Source: Candidatus Thorarchaeota archaeon (GTDB lineage: Archaea; Asgardarchaeota; Thorarchaeia; Thorarchaeales; Thorarchaeaceae). Taken from it: 64,000 nt of DNA. This document shows, piece after piece, positions 55,916 through 64,000 of this stretch; the first letter of the stretch is position 1; every line of letters starts with the position of its first letter. The notes beneath the pieces are model-generated. The model saw only the letters and a program-made list of their open reading frames with translations, was not told the origin of the DNA and ran no database searches. The stretch is from assembly GCA_011364985.1 (NCBI GenBank), contig RDOC01000001.1:91124-155123 (forward strand), written 5' to 3'. Both the position numbers and the translations under genes were made by a program.

Positions 55916-56827
55916 CAATACTCACATTAGTTCTTCAGCCATCTTCAATAGCCTTTTCATCTGTGATTGCACATCACACAAGAAAACAAGCTACTGATGT
56001 GCAGCAGCCCACCTCTGAATATCCTCAAGAATCCTATTCACACCTTATTGATTCCACAAACTCGTTCTTTCTGCGTCTATCAAAATGCGTTCCCGAAACG
56101 ATGAAACCAACGAATCTAAGGTGCTGGCGCAGATATCCAAGGCAAGAAGAAGTGGATTGCCTTCCTCTACGATATTGGAAACGGAGAAACGCTCCTAGAA
56201 GACGGCAGTTGATTGGGGAGTATAAACACCCTCATACTCACTTCCCTGTGGTGATGACTATTGAATATCGTTTCAAGGATTCTTATCTCCGAGCCTTGGT
56301 AGAAGAAAGTGGTTGGGATGCCAGAAGATACCACTATCATGGTCAATTCCAAGCTCGCTTCTCTTGGGCGACTAATCCAGAAGAAGCACAGCCTGCTCTA
56401 CAACAACCTCATCTCGCATCTTTATTCGTATATGCTGGGACAAAGGAAGTCGGTATTAAGACAGTTTTTGATGCCCTTCACCAGAACTATCCAGCGTATT
56501 CATTATGACTCCGAATCATGATGTAGGAACTTAAGCGCTTATGAATTGGCCTAAGCGGCAGCCAAAAAAATGTGCCGAAAGTAAAGACGCCAACTCAAAT
56601 CAGAGGGCTTTGACTTGAATAGCAAAGAAGAGTAATGCCGCGGGTGTGATTTGAATGTGCGTTTTATTTCTATTCTACGAAGCTGTAGCTAATACAGGTC
56701 CATTTCATAAGCCTATATAAGTGGGCAAGGAAATGTTAATCATTCTCGTCAAAAATGTTCATGTTTTGATCTCAACTACGTTTTGAATGAGAGAGAATAA
56801 CTTTACAGATTACTTTTCGTAGCCTCG

Positions 56828-58087
56828 CTAGTTTTGAGTTTCGACATCGATTGTAGAGAATACAGTGCGAATGATATATGCCAGAAGTGCCACACAGAGA
56901 AGGATGAGCATGATGGTGCCTCCAGATGCAAGATTGAACCACACCACTTGATAGTTTACGGAAATCTGTAGTAGATTAATAACCACGACCTCAAGTGCAA
57001 AAAGCTCGCCAAGAGCAATCAGACCCTTGACCCGACCTATGAATCTGTCTTTTCTGACCATTCCTTTTCTAAGTGCCATTGAAACCTCTTGTGGGTCTGA
57101 ATCCACAAGATCTGAGATGGGCTCTCTCGAAGGTCCCATCATTAGAATGACGATCGCAAAAACCAAGGGTAGTGCCAAGATTATTGCGTTAACAAATAGC
57201 AAGTTAGGAGCGGGTAGTGGAGCGGAGAACGCTGCTATCGCCCCTAGTATGACCAGAAGAACTTGGACCTCTATCATTAGGTCATGACGTTCTTTCTCCA
57301 GACTATCGAATCTTCCAGTGAAATATCCAATCCATAGGATTGGATTCTCGACCTGCTCTAACTTGGCAGTGCCTTCCTCGACTTCAGTAATCTGGCGTCT
57401 TGTCACCCCAAAAAACATGCAGAGCCCGAAAAATCCGAAGATCACGTTCAACCCAGAATAATAACCCACAAGTGATCGTTCATACTGGTCCAAATGAATT
57501 TCATTCTCTGAGTAGTAGACCATGTATGTGAAGTTCATACCGTTGAGCGGCGTAGGTGTGGGAAAGGTGTTATTCTGATGGTCTGTGGAAAGGAGGGAAA
57601 TATGAAAGGTGATAACATCAGTCGCTGTGTGTTCAGGAATTCTAACACTGTGGTGACTTGAGGAGCCGTATCCACTTGGATTTCCTGACGTAAGATTCAG
57701 TGACCACCCATCAATTGTCATATCGGGTGTTCCGTTGAGGACTAGGACCTCCATATAGCATATGTTCAGGTATCCCGGATACCCCCAGTTTGCTACTTCA
57801 ATCTTGGCTTCGTGTTCCGAGGTTACTATGTTTGACTCTGTTTCTAAATAGCCCAAGGAGGGTATAACTGTCAAATTGACATTCTCACTCGTATAGGCAG
57901 GCAGGGGGCTGATTCCAATTTCCTCATTCAAGGTCGAATTGGTCCATGAAGGCATGATGAACCACCAGTAGCAGGAATAGGACACCCAAAGGAGAACTGC
58001 AACAAGAAGAGCTGCCTTCTTCTTACTCTTGCGAATATTCGAGAGGGGTGCTTTCAGCCCATTTCTGACTCCATCCCTTCTGCTCAT
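56828..58087 (-). CDS. Hypothetical integral membrane protein
   Basis: 419 aa with an N-terminal TM helix (AALLVAVLLWVSYSCYWWFI), a ~180-aa probably extracytoplasmic domain with N-x-S/T sites, and C-terminal TM helices. Confidence 0.5.
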   Translation of the reverse strand: MSRRDGVRNGLKAPLSNIRKSKKKAALLVAVLLWVSYSCYWWFIMPSWTNSTLNEEIGISPLPAYTSENVNLTVIPSLGYLETESNIVTSEHEAKIEVANWGYPGYLNICYMEVLVLNGTPDMTIDGWSLNLTSGNPSGYGSSSHHSVRIPEHTATDVITFHISLLSTDHQNNTFPTPTPLNGMNFTYMVYYSENEIHLDQYERSLVGYYSGLNVIFGFFGLCMFFGVTRRQITEVEEGTAKLEQVENPILWIGYFTGRFDSLEKERHDLMIEVQVLLVILGAIAAFSAPLPAPNLLFVNAIILALPLVFAIVILMMGPSREPISDLVDSDPQEVSMALRKGMVRKDRFIGRVKGLIALGELFALEVVVINLLQISVNYQVVWFNLASGGTIMLILLCVALLAYIIRTVFSTIDVETQN

Positions 58088-58550
58088 CGGATCTAATTCC
58101 TCGTCGTGGACCTTGCCAAGTCTTAATCCGTTTTAATGCAATATAATCCTTTATGCAGAATATTTAGGAGTAAAGTTGCTACTTAGCATTGTTAATGGAT
58201 CTCAGATCCACCAAAGAATTTGCCATATGCTGAACAGAATTTCATCGCTGATGCTCGGCTAGTCCCAGCAGAAGTGAACAGCAGATTTCCAATGCGTTCC
58301 ATGGTAACACACTTCAGACTCTTGTATCCTTGAATTGAGATTTCTCCAGTCCTGAATTATCTCATCTCTTTCTCGCTTTCCAGACTTCTTTGGTTGTTGG
58401 CCTTATTCCCCAGCTTTAGGTCCATAATTCCCCCTTAGAGCTTGGCCATCAAGCTCAATGAGCATTGTTCACTCTTAGGGAAACAAGGAGATTGGTAAGA
58501 GTTATCAATAGCGTGAATCTGTAATCGACTAGCAATTGAGGAAGATGTCA

Positions 58551-58817
58551 ATGGTCAAGGCATATGTTCTGATAAAGACAATCGGTGGAAAAGAAGACGC
58601 CATCATTAGGGAGCTGCTAAAGCTCTCTGTCACCGAAGAGGCACACAAGGTCTTTGGACCTTATGACATTATCGTTGAAATCCGAGGGAGGGATATGGAG
58701 GCAATTGTTGACATCCTTCTGACAAAGATTAGACCCATTTCAGGCCTCATCGAAACTCAGTCGCTTCTTGTAATAGATGCCGAACTCGACATGCTTTCGA
58801 CGAACCTTGGAACCTAG
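58551..58817 (+). CDS. Stand-alone Lrp/AsnC ligand-binding (RAM) domain protein
   Basis: MVKAYVLIKTIGGKEDAIIRELLKLSVTEEAHKVFGPYDIIVEIRGRDMEAIVDILLTKIRPISGLIETQSLLVI is the RAM-domain pattern. GAGGAAG lies upstream of ATG 58551; the track ORF starts at 58536. Confidence 0.7.
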   Translation: MVKAYVLIKTIGGKEDAIIRELLKLSVTEEAHKVFGPYDIIVEIRGRDMEAIVDILLTKIRPISGLIETQSLLVIDAELDMLSTNLGT

Positions 58818-58957
58818 TTAGAAGCTCTGCAGTCTGAGTCCCTACTGGTTTATCTGAATATTTGTTAAAAAGGAGTAGAACCCCAAAATAAAGTGGGACC
58901 AATTAGTCAAAGGAGGAATTAGTCATTCCTAGTAAGACACTATCAAGAAACCCCTAC

Positions 58958-59689
58958 ATGTTGATGCTCATGGATGACTCCGGCGAAGTTCAACCAGTGA
59001 AGCTCGATCCAGCACTAGTTACAAGTGACAATGCAATCATTGTTCTGGACGAGTATGGTGATACTTGTTGGGTGTTCATTGGAAGAAATGTCAGCATGCC
59101 AACGAGAATGCATGCGCTTCGAATCGGAAAGAGCATGCAGAAATCCGGATATAAAATCGGGATTACTACAATCGGGTTGGCTTCCACAAATCTTGTCGAA
59201 ATGCTCGAGAAGGATGACAGCGATCCAGATGTGGCTACAAGTATCAGCAGATTCAGAGAGCAAATATCGAGGCACTGGAACTTCGAAGACAAGTTCTTAG
59301 CAATAGATGCATCACTAGCCTCTTCGGCTCCTATGGGACCAATTGCAGGTGCACCAACTCCAAAGTCAGTGGTAAAGGAGACACCAGTAGTGACTGCAGA
59401 AACTGTCAAGAAGGAAACATCATCACTTCCAAAGGTCGCTCCGATAAGCCCTCTTAACGAGGTGGAAAGGAAGACAGCGTTCTTGCTGTATGCTGCAATT
59501 AAGAATTCGGACCTTATATATGTAGAACGCTTCTCACGAAATCGCAAAATGGGAGTGAAGATTGAAGCCCCCGGTGAGATGGTCATTGAAGCAGTTCAGG
59601 ATGGACCCGTCCTGAAGATTGACCCTCCGGGCTTTGGTGACTCCGAAACTGCAGCCAAGACAAAAGAAGACTTCAAGTCCTGGGCATAG
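58958..59689 (+). CDS. Protein with N-terminal gelsolin-like domain (tentative), low-complexity linker and unassigned C-terminal domain
   Basis: MLMLMDDSGEVQPVKLDPALVTSDNAIIVLDEYGDTCWVFIGRNVSMPTRMHALRIGKSM parallels the 9200..9475 protein (LLMQDDG...L.SD..y.viDE....iW.wIG) and the gelsolin-repeat pattern. Confidence 0.45.
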   Translation: MLMLMDDSGEVQPVKLDPALVTSDNAIIVLDEYGDTCWVFIGRNVSMPTRMHALRIGKSMQKSGYKIGITTIGLASTNLVEMLEKDDSDPDVATSISRFREQISRHWNFEDKFLAIDASLASSAPMGPIAGAPTPKSVVKETPVVTAETVKKETSSLPKVAPISPLNEVERKTAFLLYAAIKNSDLIYVERFSRNRKMGVKIEAPGEMVIEAVQDGPVLKIDPPGFGDSETAAKTKEDFKSWA

Positions 59690-59744
59690 CCAATCCAGTA
59701 GGCACCAGCTGGAGCATCGAACTGCTCCAGCTAAGCTGTTTTCT

Positions 59745-60503
59745 TTATTCGCCATCCAGTAGGCGATACCAATAATTGTAGAGAGTCTTGAACCCCAGAG
59801 ATTTGTAGAAGGCGATTGCTGGCTTGTTTCTTGTTTCCACTTGAAGATATGCATTTGTCGACCCCAAGCTCTCTGCCCACATCGCAAGTCCGGAATTCAG
59901 ATCTGCGCCAATCCCATGCCTTCTGTATTTCTTGTCGACAATCAATGCGAAAATACCTAACCAAGTATTCTCAACGACACCCAAGCAGACTCCAACAATT
60001 TCATCATTGACTGAAAGAGATGCAAAGCCCTTTTGCAGAGGAATGCGATCCATGATTCCCCGTCGGATTTCAAGAGACAAGCCGCTGTATTCGCCCAACC
60101 GACCGTAAGCAGCTATCCAATTGTCCTTTGGGGAGAAGTCTATCGTCACATCATGCCTCATCGAAGTAGCAATGATGTTGCTCAGAGAATTGATCTGAAT
60201 GTGGACAGAGAGACCAATGGAAAAGCCGTCTTCATCCAGAATCTTGTCAAGTTCAGGGGGCCCACATGCAGGAGTCATCTGAAAACGCGGAGTTATGTTC
60301 CTCTTCTGATAAAAATTAATCACATCAGTTATTGCTAATTCAACTTCAACGGAGGGAGAACCCAAGGGAAGTACACTATTCGCTCGTCGCGTTATCCCAT
60401 TATCAGCTCGCAAGAGCCAACCGCCAATTTTCCTCGTTTCTCTTGCAGGCCACGCATTAGCGGCAAGCGTTTCGAGCTTCATAATCTCGTTCAAGTCGGT
60501 CAT
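59745..60503 (-). CDS. GNAT family N-acetyltransferase
   Basis: 252 aa with LIVDKKYRRHGIGADLNSGLAMWAESLG, an acetyl-CoA-binding motif. Confidence 0.7.
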   Translation of the reverse strand: MTDLNEIMKLETLAANAWPARETRKIGGWLLRADNGITRRANSVLPLGSPSVEVELAITDVINFYQKRNITPRFQMTPACGPPELDKILDEDGFSIGLSVHIQINSLSNIIATSMRHDVTIDFSPKDNWIAAYGRLGEYSGLSLEIRRGIMDRIPLQKGFASLSVNDEIVGVCLGVVENTWLGIFALIVDKKYRRHGIGADLNSGLAMWAESLGSTNAYLQVETRNKPAIAFYKSLGFKTLYNYWYRLLDGE

Positions 60504-60621
60504 ATCAAACTCCCAATAAGACGGCTACTAATAGAAATTCTCATACTGCTCTCCCAGTCGTAAGGCTAGCTTCGGCATCTTAATGTGCAAGTACAAAACT
60601 GGGAGAGAGAGAGGCTTAATA

Positions 60622-61560
60622 ATGGGTCGACTTCGATGGAACGAGATGCTGGGCGAATGGGTAATAATTGCACCAAGCAGATCAGACAGACCCTTCCAAG
60701 ATGAAGAAAGAGTGTGTCCATTCTGTCCAGATAATGGAGAAACCTCCGGTAACTGGTGCGTCCTGACGCTTGACAACAAGTACCCAGCACTAGAACCGAA
60801 TCCAGAATACCCACCCATATTCAGTGATATAATCATCGAAACCGCTGCTCACGGGTACTGCAAGGTGATTGTCACCTCAAGAAACCATAACGAACAGCTT
60901 GAAGATATGAGTAAGAAGCAGGTCACACGAGTGCTTCAGGAATTCGCTCGAGTATTTCAGGAACTTGATGAGAAAGAGAACATCAAGTACGTCGCACAAT
61001 TTGAGAATCGTGGAAAAGCAGTTGGTGTAAGCCTGAATCATCCTCACGCTCAGGTCTATGCCCTGCCCTTCATCCCTCCGAAGATTGAGCGCGAAGTTCA
61101 GCAGGTCAAGAAGACTTGGGAAACAGAGGAAAGATGCATTGTATGTGATGCCATAGAAAATGAGCGAAAAACCGGCACAAGAATTATCAAGGAAACAGCC
61201 AACTACATCTCTTGTGTGCCCTTTGCAGCAAGATTGCCATATGAGGTGCATGTCTACCCAAGAATGCATGTTGCGAGTCTAGTAGAACTGGAAGAAAGCC
61301 TTGAAGAATTGGGTGAGATGCTTCAAGATGTGGCAAGAAGATATGCAGCCTTCTTCGAGGAAGTGGCATATGTAATGGTCTTCCATGCACGTCCCTCTAA
61401 TGGTGACTATCCATTCTGGCACTTTCATATCGAATTCTACCCCCCTTGGAGGGACAAGTCGCAACGAAAGCACCTCGCGGGAATTGAGAAGGGAACTGGA
61501 ACGTATACGAATGATTCGACTCCAGAGTGCAGTGCAAAGCAGCTTCGCGAGGCCATTTAG
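60622..61560 (+). CDS. galT: Galactose-1-phosphate uridylyltransferase (HIT-type)
   Basis: CPFCPDN zinc motif, SLNHPHAQVYALPFIPP (HxHxQ active site) and a C-terminal half-domain. ATG 60622 is preceded by a GA-rich SD-like stretch; the track ORF starts at 60583. Confidence 0.8.
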   Translation: MGRLRWNEMLGEWVIIAPSRSDRPFQDEERVCPFCPDNGETSGNWCVLTLDNKYPALEPNPEYPPIFSDIIIETAAHGYCKVIVTSRNHNEQLEDMSKKQVTRVLQEFARVFQELDEKENIKYVAQFENRGKAVGVSLNHPHAQVYALPFIPPKIEREVQQVKKTWETEERCIVCDAIENERKTGTRIIKETANYISCVPFAARLPYEVHVYPRMHVASLVELEESLEELGEMLQDVARRYAAFFEEVAYVMVFHARPSNGDYPFWHFHIEFYPPWRDKSQRKHLAGIEKGTGTYTNDSTPECSAKQLREAI

Positions 61561-62718
61561 ATGCAGATTCCTCAGAACCTACGTGAAAAGATGGTTGACG
61601 TTTTTCAGGATTTCAGACGATCTCCAATGGCGGTTAGAGCTCCAGGGAGAATTGAAGTGCTTGGCAATCATACTGACTACAACGGGGGAGATGTATTAGC
61701 CGCGACAATGGACCGGTATGTATGGAGCGTAGGAGTGCGTTCTAAAGAAGTAGAGATTCACTCGCTAGATCTTGGAGAACAAACTACGTTTCATCCAAAT
61801 TTCATCACACCACGAAACGACCTAACGTGGAAGAGCTACGCGAAAGGAGTCTATTGGGCACTGGAACGGCGAAGACATCAGGTCACTGGCACAACGGCAA
61901 TCATTCATGGTAATGTCCCACAAGGAGCAGGACTCAGTTCTTCTGCGGCGTTTGAGATTTCCTTCGTCAACCTTGTCTTGGGACTGAGCGGCATAGAGCT
62001 CAATCCGAAATCTATTGCAATGCTGGCATTTGAGGCTGAAAGGATGTACTGCGGTGTTGCATGCGGCATCATGGACCAGTTCAGCGCACAGCTGGGCAAG
62101 CCTAATCATCTTCTGGCGATTCGCTGCTCAAATATGATCACTGGGGACGTCCCGTGGGATTCTAGACTGAAACTCGTAGTCGTTGACTCTAGAGTGTCAA
62201 GGGCAGCCAAGGATATCCTCAATCAGAGACGTTATGAATGCCAGCAGGGGCTGCATGAACTAGTTGAAGCAGGATGGGAGATATCAAATCTCAGTGAGAT
62301 ACAACCAGAGAAACTGCATCTTGTTGACGCATTGCTCGATTCGGTATTGGCGAGAAGAGTGAGGCATGTTGTACTTGAAAACCAGAGAGTCAGAAGGGGG
62401 GTCCAGGCGCTCAGAGAAGGTAGGGTTTCAGATTTCGGAAGAGAGATGTTCGAGTCCCATGCCAGTTCCAGAAACCTCTACGAAGTGTCACACCCGAAGC
62501 TTGACATCCTAGTCGACCTTGCAAGGAATATGAAAGGTGTTATAGGCAGTCGCCTAACAGGAGCAGGATTGGGTGGGGCCACTCTCACAGTAGTTGAAGA
62601 CAAGTTCTCCCGATCCTTCATCCAGAACATAAGCCAGAATTATGAGTCAGCAACAGGGATTACTCCAGATATTATAGAAACGGGAATACCCGGGGGGGTT
62701 GCTAGTTCGTACATTTAG
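61561..62718 (+). CDS. galK: Galactokinase (GHMP kinase)
   Basis: RAPGRIEVLGNHTDYNGG (galactokinase signature), PQGAGLSSSAAF (GHMP motif) and LTGAGLGG. Its start directly abuts the galT stop. Confidence 0.85.
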   Translation: MQIPQNLREKMVDVFQDFRRSPMAVRAPGRIEVLGNHTDYNGGDVLAATMDRYVWSVGVRSKEVEIHSLDLGEQTTFHPNFITPRNDLTWKSYAKGVYWALERRRHQVTGTTAIIHGNVPQGAGLSSSAAFEISFVNLVLGLSGIELNPKSIAMLAFEAERMYCGVACGIMDQFSAQLGKPNHLLAIRCSNMITGDVPWDSRLKLVVVDSRVSRAAKDILNQRRYECQQGLHELVEAGWEISNLSEIQPEKLHLVDALLDSVLARRVRHVVLENQRVRRGVQALREGRVSDFGREMFESHASSRNLYEVSHPKLDILVDLARNMKGVIGSRLTGAGLGGATLTVVEDKFSRSFIQNISQNYESATGITPDIIETGIPGGVASSYI

Positions 62719-62786
62719 GACAATTCGAACTATTCATATGGCGCATAGACGTTTTGCTGTTCCAACTCCTTTCGATGTGACCGACC

Positions 62787-64000
62787 ATGAAAGAGAATGA
62801 GATTGAATCAATTCTAATTAGCGAGACTCACTGGGACCGCGCGTGGTACTTGACTTTCCAACAATTCAGAATGAAGCTAGTGAAACTCGTTGACATGCTC
62901 TTGGATATTCTCGAAACGGATCCAGAGTTCAGGACCTTCACCTTTGATGGTCAGACTGTGGTTCTTGAAGATTATCTTGAGGTCAAGCCAGACCAGAGAG
63001 AGAGAATCAAGAAACTTGTTCAGAAGGGCCGCATTGACATTGGACCATTCTACGTCCTTCCTGATGTCTTTCTGGTTTCTGGTGAAGCGTTGATTCGCAA
63101 CTTGCTTATTGGCAGGAGACTTGCACAGGAGTTTGGTCGAATCATGGATGTTGGGTACATTCCTGACCCATTTGGACTTGTAAGCCAGATACCACAAATC
63201 CTGTCGCAATTTGGATACGATTCAGTCGTCTTTGCACGGGGGACTGGCGAAGAGGTTGACAGGCTCAAATCAGAATTCATTTGGGAAGGCAGTGATGGTA
63301 GCGAGGTTCTAGCTCACTGGCTGCCCCTTTCATACGGCAACGCAGCCAATTTGCCCGAGGATATAGAAGATGCTGTCTTTACGTTGGAGGAAGTTCTCAA
63401 GCAGTTGCGAAAGTACACTCGAATCGGGACTCTTCTTCTAATGAATGGATCAGACCATTTGCTGCCGCAGCCACATGTTCCTGAGGTCATTAGGACATAC
63501 AACAACAAACATGACAACAAGATTGTACTGGGAACGCTGCCGATGTTTGTTGAACGCATTCGGAAAGAACGAGATTCTCTACCTAGGTATAGAGGGGAGT
63601 TCAGGCAGTCCAAGCATCAGAATCTTCTCTCAGGCGTCTATTCCACAAGAGTTTACTTGAAGCAGATGAACGAACATACGCAGAGGAACCTTGAGAGGAT
63701 TGTTGAGCCTTGGAACGTAGTAGCTAGCGTTCTTGGAGATCATTATCCGACCGATGAACTGCGGCTGGCTTGGAAATACCTTCTGAAAAATCATCCTCAT
63801 GACGACATCTGTGGGTGCAGTATTGATGAGGTCCATGACGACATGGTTCAGAGAAGCAGATGGATTCGAGAGATTGCGGAGTCCATCTTGGACTCTGCAG
63901 AGAGAACTATCTTGGAGCGATTCACCAACGAGAAGCCGGGTGTTTTGCTGCTCAATTCATCACCAACTACAAGAAATGGAATAGCCTTCCTGAGGATACC
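62787..64000 (+). CDS. Glycoside hydrolase family 38 alpha-mannosidase, N-terminal ~404 codons; continues past window end
   Basis: Absent from the ORF track because there is no stop in the window. From ATG 62787 it reads MKENEIESILISETHWDRAWYLTFQQFR...IDIGPFYVLPDVFLVSGEALIRNLLIGRRL...GYIPDPFG...LMNGSDH...HPHDDICGCSIDEV, the GH38 N-terminal domain. Confidence 0.75.
   Translation, partial: MKENEIESILISETHWDRAWYLTFQQFRMKLVKLVDMLLDILETDPEFRTFTFDGQTVVLEDYLEVKPDQRERIKKLVQKGRIDIGPFYVLPDVFLVSGEALIRNLLIGRRLAQEFGRIMDVGYIPDPFGLVSQIPQILSQFGYDSVVFARGTGEEVDRLKSEFIWEGSDGSEVLAHWLPLSYGNAANLPEDIEDAVFTLEEVLKQLRKYTRIGTLLLMNGSDHLLPQPHVPEVIRTYNNKHDNKIVLGTLPMFVERIRKERDSLPRYRGEFRQSKHQNLLSGVYSTRVYLKQMNEHTQRNLERIVEPWNVVASVLGDHYPTDELRLAWKYLLKNHPHDDICGCSIDEVHDDMVQRSRWIREIAESILDSAERTILERFTNEKPGVLLLNSSPTTRNGIAFLRI

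Noticed and set aside
55963-56508. 181-aa ORF in the ORF-poor gap.
   Set aside because: Its composition is rich in R/H/W/Y/Q, with no motifs, no plausible ribosome-binding context and no hydrophobic-core periodicity. It is likely a chance ORF.
1-64000. tRNA, rRNA, CRISPR arrays and tandem repeats.
   Set aside because: I read the larger intergenic gaps: 10651-11011, 30970-31351, 32959-33282, 43679-44651, 46549-47309, 55557-56827 and 58088-58535. I saw no cloverleaf-compatible sequence and no regularly spaced repeats. This is a visual negative only; tRNAscan, Rfam or a CRISPR finder would be decisive.

Overview
Archaeal chromosomal window, densely coding on both strands.

**Left third**
- Formylmethanofuran dehydrogenase fwdD-B-A on the minus strand; fwdA runs off the left edge.
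- A 2-oxoacid dehydrogenase E1alpha-E1beta-E2 set plus lipoate-protein ligase, with no E3 in the window.
- Redox and housekeeping genes, a minimal gelsolin-domain protein, and a Hef/FANCM-like SF2 helicase with degenerate ATPase motifs.
- A free-standing ThrRS-editing-domain protein, geranylgeranyl reductase, three tandem TrmB-like regulators, a DHH phosphoesterase and iorAB.

**Middle**
- A 774-aa FG-GAP propeller / beta-sandwich / Rab-like GTPase fusion, a NitT/TauT-type ABC transporter, and surface and membrane proteins.
- A four-subunit 2-oxoacid:ferredoxin oxidoreductase operon that is split. The gamma and delta subunits plus a 29-codon alpha stub sit at 31.3-32.3 kb. A second, diverged alpha 5' end, the rest of alpha (broken by a 32-nt insertion) and beta sit at 47.3-49.5 kb.
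- The ~15 kb in between is a signal-transduction island: 4 histidine kinases, 2 receiver proteins (one with Asn at the phospho-acceptor position), several wHTH regulators and a GNAT. Its edges are ORF-poor and it has no recognisable recombinase.

**Right third**
- A NifS-SelD fusion, an atypical CDF-like transporter, GDPD, a 1.27-kb ORF-poor gap and a second gelsolin-like protein.
- A galT-galK-GH38 cluster; GH38 runs off the right edge.

Gelsolin-domain proteins and a Rab-like GTPase alongside archaeal core metabolism suggest an Asgard-type archaeon (inference). I saw no rRNA, tRNA, CRISPR array, transposase or integrase, but these absences come from reading only and were not checked computationally.
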